This document shows positions 28,504 through 32,000 of a DNA stretch of 32,000 nt, piece by piece. Below the pieces are notes generated by a model. That model ran no database searches. It was not told the origin of the DNA and worked only from the letters and a program-made list of their open reading frames with translations. Position 1 is the stretch's first letter, and each line of letters starts with the position of its first letter. A program made the translations under genes and the position numbers. This DNA is from Candidatus Baldrarchaeota archaeon (GTDB taxonomy: Archaea > Asgardarchaeota > Baldrarchaeia > Baldrarchaeales > DXJG01). The stretch spans positions 191,053 through 223,052 of the forward strand of contig DXJG01000002.1 in the NCBI GenBank assembly GCA_019056805.1. The letters run 5' to 3'.

Positions 28504-29824
28504 AAAATCAACAATAATAGTATTTACAATAGTTTTCATTATATCATGGTTACCCATAGTTTTATCTGTATTTACCGAAAGTGCATCGTCCCCGGCTTTT
28601 TCTATCTATAACACGGATTGGGATGGCTGTTCAAAGTTTAAAGAGCTTGTTGAAAACGAAGGATTCAAGGTAAAGACCCTATTATCTTCTCTAAGCATGA
28701 TAAACAGGGTTGAACAGCCAGCAGTTTTGTTAATAATAGGGCCGTCAAAATACTATAACCCGAGCGACATTATACCGAGCTTGCTACTTTTCCTACAAAA
28801 TGGCGGAGGATTATTAATAGCCGATGATTTTGGAAGTGGTAATACAATTCTTCAACTTCTCTTCCAATTTCAAATTAAATTTTCAGATAGCATTCTTATG
28901 GATGCGGGTTCTTATGAAAAAAACCCTGTTTTACCTGTAATCACCAATTTTATGCCCCATCCGATAACAAGCGGAGTACAATCACTTCTATTGAACTATG
29001 CAAGTGCAATAGTTGGACCAAATGATACTTCGAATATACTTCTTCCACCAATTGCCATGACAACCAGAATCAGCTGGTTAGATGCAGATCACGATTACGA
29101 ATATGATGCAAATGAAACAGTAGGACCATTCACAGTAGCTACAGCAATCGAAACCCAAAATAACAGTCGTATAGTCATTGTAAGCGATGCTAGTATTTTT
29201 ATAAATGATATGATAGAAAGAGCAGACAACGCAAGGTTTGCATTAAACATAGTAAACTGGCTATCTGGATTTAATAAGAATGCAACAATAGTATTTGATG
29301 AAAGCCACCTAGACTGGGGACTTTCATCGTCAATTATCTATTTCACTACCATTATTGGGTACGTTGCTTGGCTTTCCGCTATACCATATGTTTCCTTAAT
29401 TCTTCCATTTTTCATAGTTTTTACGGTTAAAAGATGGATTCCAGTAGTAAGAGAAAGTAGAAAATTTGCGCCACTTAAAGTATATAGAAAAAGAGGAAGA
29501 ACAGTTTTCTTGGAAAAAATTAGGGCGTATAAAATTTACGCTTTCTACGATAAAGCTTTAAAAATATTGTATAAACGATTTAAACGCATTATGAGCGAGG
29601 AATTCAAATTCAAGTTTGGCTTTTCATTAGACAAGTTTATAGAATATGTTTCTACGCATCATCCTGATTTAGATGTTCGTAAAGTTAGGAAAGTATTATT
29701 AAATTTTGAGAAGATTGAAAAAGGAAAATTACGTGTTACTTCACGTGACCAGTTTTTGAAATTTTTCTTCCAGCTTAAAGAAATAGAAGAAGAGGTGGAA
29801 AAACTTGGAGGAAAAGGAAGTTGA
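28490..29824 (+). CDS. DUF4350/GldG-like membrane protein
   Basis: FSIYNTDWDGCSKF, GGGLLIADDFGSGN, IVIVSDASIFINDMI..DNARF and VFDESH, flanked by TM segments. Confidence 0.82.
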   Translation: MPKSKKSTIIVFTIVFIISWLPIVLSVFTESASSPAFSIYNTDWDGCSKFKELVENEGFKVKTLLSSLSMINRVEQPAVLLIIGPSKYYNPSDIIPSLLLFLQNGGGLLIADDFGSGNTILQLLFQFQIKFSDSILMDAGSYEKNPVLPVITNFMPHPITSGVQSLLLNYASAIVGPNDTSNILLPPIAMTTRISWLDADHDYEYDANETVGPFTVATAIETQNNSRIVIVSDASIFINDMIERADNARFALNIVNWLSGFNKNATIVFDESHLDWGLSSSIIYFTTIIGYVAWLSAIPYVSLILPFFIVFTVKRWIPVVRESRKFAPLKVYRKRGRTVFLEKIRAYKIYAFYDKALKILYKRFKRIMSEEFKFKFGFSLDKFIEYVSTHHPDLDVRKVRKVLLNFEKIEKGKLRVTSRDQFLKFFFQLKEIEEEVEKLGGKGS

Positions 29825-30764
29825 ATTATCAATAGGGGACGTTAGAAGTATAGCTCAAAAAGTACTGTCAGAGGTCAATAAAGTTATTGTAGGAAAATTA
29901 GATATTTTACAAAACATTTTCATTGCATTACTAGCAGGCGGACATGTTCTACTTGAAGGAGTACCTGGTGTTGCAAAAACCGTTATGGCCAAGACATTCT
30001 CCGATACATTAGGCTGTGAATTTAAAAGAATACAGTTTACTCCCGATTTATTACCTGCAGACATCATAGGTACAAATGTTTACGATCAAAAATCAGGAAA
30101 ATTCTATTTAAGGAAAGGTCCAATATTTGCAAACATAGTCTTAGCTGACGAAATAAATAGAGCCCCTCCAAAAACTCAATCAGCACTTCTTGAATGCATG
30201 CAAGAAAAACAAGTAACTATAGAGGGTGAAACCCATTATCTTCCAAGACCTTTTATGGTTTTAGCGACTCAAAATCCCATCGAACTTGAAGGCACATATC
30301 CGCTTCCAGAAGCTCAAGTTGACCGTTTCTTTTTCAAGTTAATCGTTGACTATCCCAATCCGGAAGAGGAACTTGAAATCTTAAAAAGAAAGAATGTGGC
30401 GGAGGAAGCTATTGTCGAGAAGGTTGCCTCACCACAAATCGTAATAGCTATGCAGGAAGCTGTTAAGAAGGTTTATGTTGATGATTCGATGTTTGAATAT
30501 ATAAAAAATATAGTTTTAAGGACGCGTAATCATCCGCAAATTCTTTTAGGAGCAAGTACAAGGGCGTCTATTGTACTTCTTTACGCGTCTAAAGCAAGAG
30601 CAGCTATTCTTGGAAGGGACTTCGTTATCCCAGATGATATAAAGTCTCTAGCCTTTCCAGTTTTAAATCATAGAATAATTTTAAAACCAGAGGCAGAACT
30701 TGAAGGAATATCTGCTGGAAGAATCATAAACGAAATTCTCGAAGAAGTAGAAGTACCAGCTTGA
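29805..30764 (+). CDS. moxR: MoxR-family AAA+ ATPase
   Basis: GHVLLEGVPGVAKT, RIQFTPDLLPADIIG, LADEINRAPPKTQSALLE, ATQNPIELEGTYPLPEAQVDRF and PDDIK. Confidence 0.96.
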   Translation: MEEKEVELSIGDVRSIAQKVLSEVNKVIVGKLDILQNIFIALLAGGHVLLEGVPGVAKTVMAKTFSDTLGCEFKRIQFTPDLLPADIIGTNVYDQKSGKFYLRKGPIFANIVLADEINRAPPKTQSALLECMQEKQVTIEGETHYLPRPFMVLATQNPIELEGTYPLPEAQVDRFFFKLIVDYPNPEEELEILKRKNVAEEAIVEKVASPQIVIAMQEAVKKVYVDDSMFEYIKNIVLRTRNHPQILLGASTRASIVLLYASKARAAILGRDFVIPDDIKSLAFPVLNHRIILKPEAELEGISAGRIINEILEEVEVPA

Positions 30765-30789
30765 CCTCAATTATAAAACGGTGAATTAT

Positions 30790-32000
30790 ATGTTAACAAG
30801 AAGGGGGTTGTCAGTAGTTCTCATAGGTGTATTCTTTCTTACAGCAGGATTTTCTCTCATAAGCTATTTTCTATCGATTTTAGGTATTTTTCTCTTATCA
30901 AGTGTAACTGCAAGTTTTCCTCTCTTTAAATTTGGTTCAACTCTTAGTAAAATAGAAGTTGAACGAAAAATAAATAGAAAAAAGGTTTTCGCTTACGATT
31001 ATGTATACGTTAAAGTTATAGTTGTTAATAAGGGGCATCAAACAGTCGATTATCTTGAAATTTACGATATGTATCCCGAAGCGTTTAACTTAGTGTTAGG
31101 AACAAACCATTTGATAACGAGACTCGATCCAGGGAAGAAATTTGTTTTTTCCTACATATTATTTCCAAGATTACGAGGAGAATATAAGATAGGACCCTGC
31201 AAACTCATTGTCCAAGATAAATTAAGATTCTTTTCAATGGTAAGAACCATAAAAACTATTACTGAAATTGTAGTGTATCCGCCCTATGAAGATATTAAGA
31301 GAATGGAAATCATGGCTAAGAAGAGAGTACTTGGAACACTTTTCGGTGTTCATAGAACCAGAGAGAAAGGTATTGGCACAGAATTTGTCAGTCTTAGAAA
31401 ATACAATATAGGGGATGAGTATCGAAGGATAGATTGGAAAGCTACAGCAAGAATGCAAAGATTGATGATCCGAGAGTTTGAAACAGAAAAAAACATGAAA
31501 ATAATGATTTTACTTGATGCAAGTTACTCGATGGCTGCAGGTCCCATAGAAGCAAATAAATTAGAGTTTTCTATTCGTGCAGCAGCAATTCTAGCTAAAT
31601 ATGCGCTGGAAAGAAAAGATGAGGTAGGATTATGTGTATTTTCAAATGAAGTACATGATTTTATAGAACCTAAATCTAGTGAAAGACATTTTTACAAAAT
31701 ATTAGATACTCTTGCCAGAGTAACACCACAGGGAGGAACAAATTTCCTTAAAGCAATCGATACAATAATTAAAAAACTTAGGAAAAAAGCATATCTTCTC
31801 ATTATATCAGATTTAGAAGATGTCGGAGGTAGGATTCTAGATGCGATTAAATTCGCAAGAGCACGGGGATATGACATCCTAATCATATCACCCTTTGGAC
31901 CTTGGTTCGAGATTGGAGAAAGAGGTTTATCACCGGTAGATAAAGCTCTAGCTGAAGCTATATCAATAGAACTCTGGGAAGAAAGAAGAGAAATTATTAG
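30790..32000 (+). CDS. DUF58 / vWA-domain protein (runs off window end)
   Basis: ATG at 30790 after GGTGA. N-terminal TM pair, then RGEYKIGP, GTEFVSLRKYNIGDEYRRIDWKATAR, REFETE, LLDASYSM and IISDL. No stop before 32000; absent from the ORF track. Confidence 0.93.
   Translation, partial: MLTRRGLSVVLIGVFFLTAGFSLISYFLSILGIFLLSSVTASFPLFKFGSTLSKIEVERKINRKKVFAYDYVYVKVIVVNKGHQTVDYLEIYDMYPEAFNLVLGTNHLITRLDPGKKFVFSYILFPRLRGEYKIGPCKLIVQDKLRFFSMVRTIKTITEIVVYPPYEDIKRMEIMAKKRVLGTLFGVHRTREKGIGTEFVSLRKYNIGDEYRRIDWKATARMQRLMIREFETEKNMKIMILLDASYSMAAGPIEANKLEFSIRAAAILAKYALERKDEVGLCVFSNEVHDFIEPKSSERHFYKILDTLARVTPQGGTNFLKAIDTIIKKLRKKAYLLIISDLEDVGGRILDAIKFARARGYDILIISPFGPWFEIGERGLSPVDKALAEAISIELWEERREII

Noticed and set aside
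111-31886. Many short antisense or overlapping ORFs in the track (e.g. 111-404, 420-779, 1960-2163, 4399-4743, 8729-9196, 13380-13685, 15136-15360, 16338-16625, 20741-21301, 31692-31886)
   Set aside because: They are shadows of well-supported genes on another strand or frame, with no motifs of their own.

Overview
AT-rich chromosomal window from a probably thermophilic archaeon: it has reverse gyrase, TFB, Rpo12, an alpha-type tRNA splicing endonuclease with a crenarchaeal-type loop, and a roadblock protein. TACK/Asgard affinity is inferred, not proven. It is mostly housekeeping: SPFH protein, intein-containing reverse gyrase, endA, DUF47, ArsA/Get3, beta-CASP nuclease, GlyRS, radical SAM-TRAM enzyme, TFB, epimerase, MetAP, tmk, an RHH regulator, PAC2, and a transglutaminase-like/DUF4350/MoxR/DUF58 cluster. 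Several features are absent from the ORF track: rpo12; a SUI1/aIF1 gene with no ATG/GTG/TTG start (probably AUA-initiated, suggesting autoregulation); a 32-aa tail-anchor-like ORF right behind Get3; the truncated DUF58 gene; and three intergenic box C/D guide RNA candidates with guides complementary to conserved 16S rRNA segments, one predicting Cm1402. Other highlights are a LAGLIDADG intein inside the TOPRIM DPD|TEGE motif, a Ser-for-Cys transglutaminase triad, a radical SAM motif split by a ferredoxin-like insert, and a 699-aa orphan gene. No tRNA, rRNA, CRISPR array or transposase was recognised. rRNA target sequences were recalled from conserved motifs, not searched.
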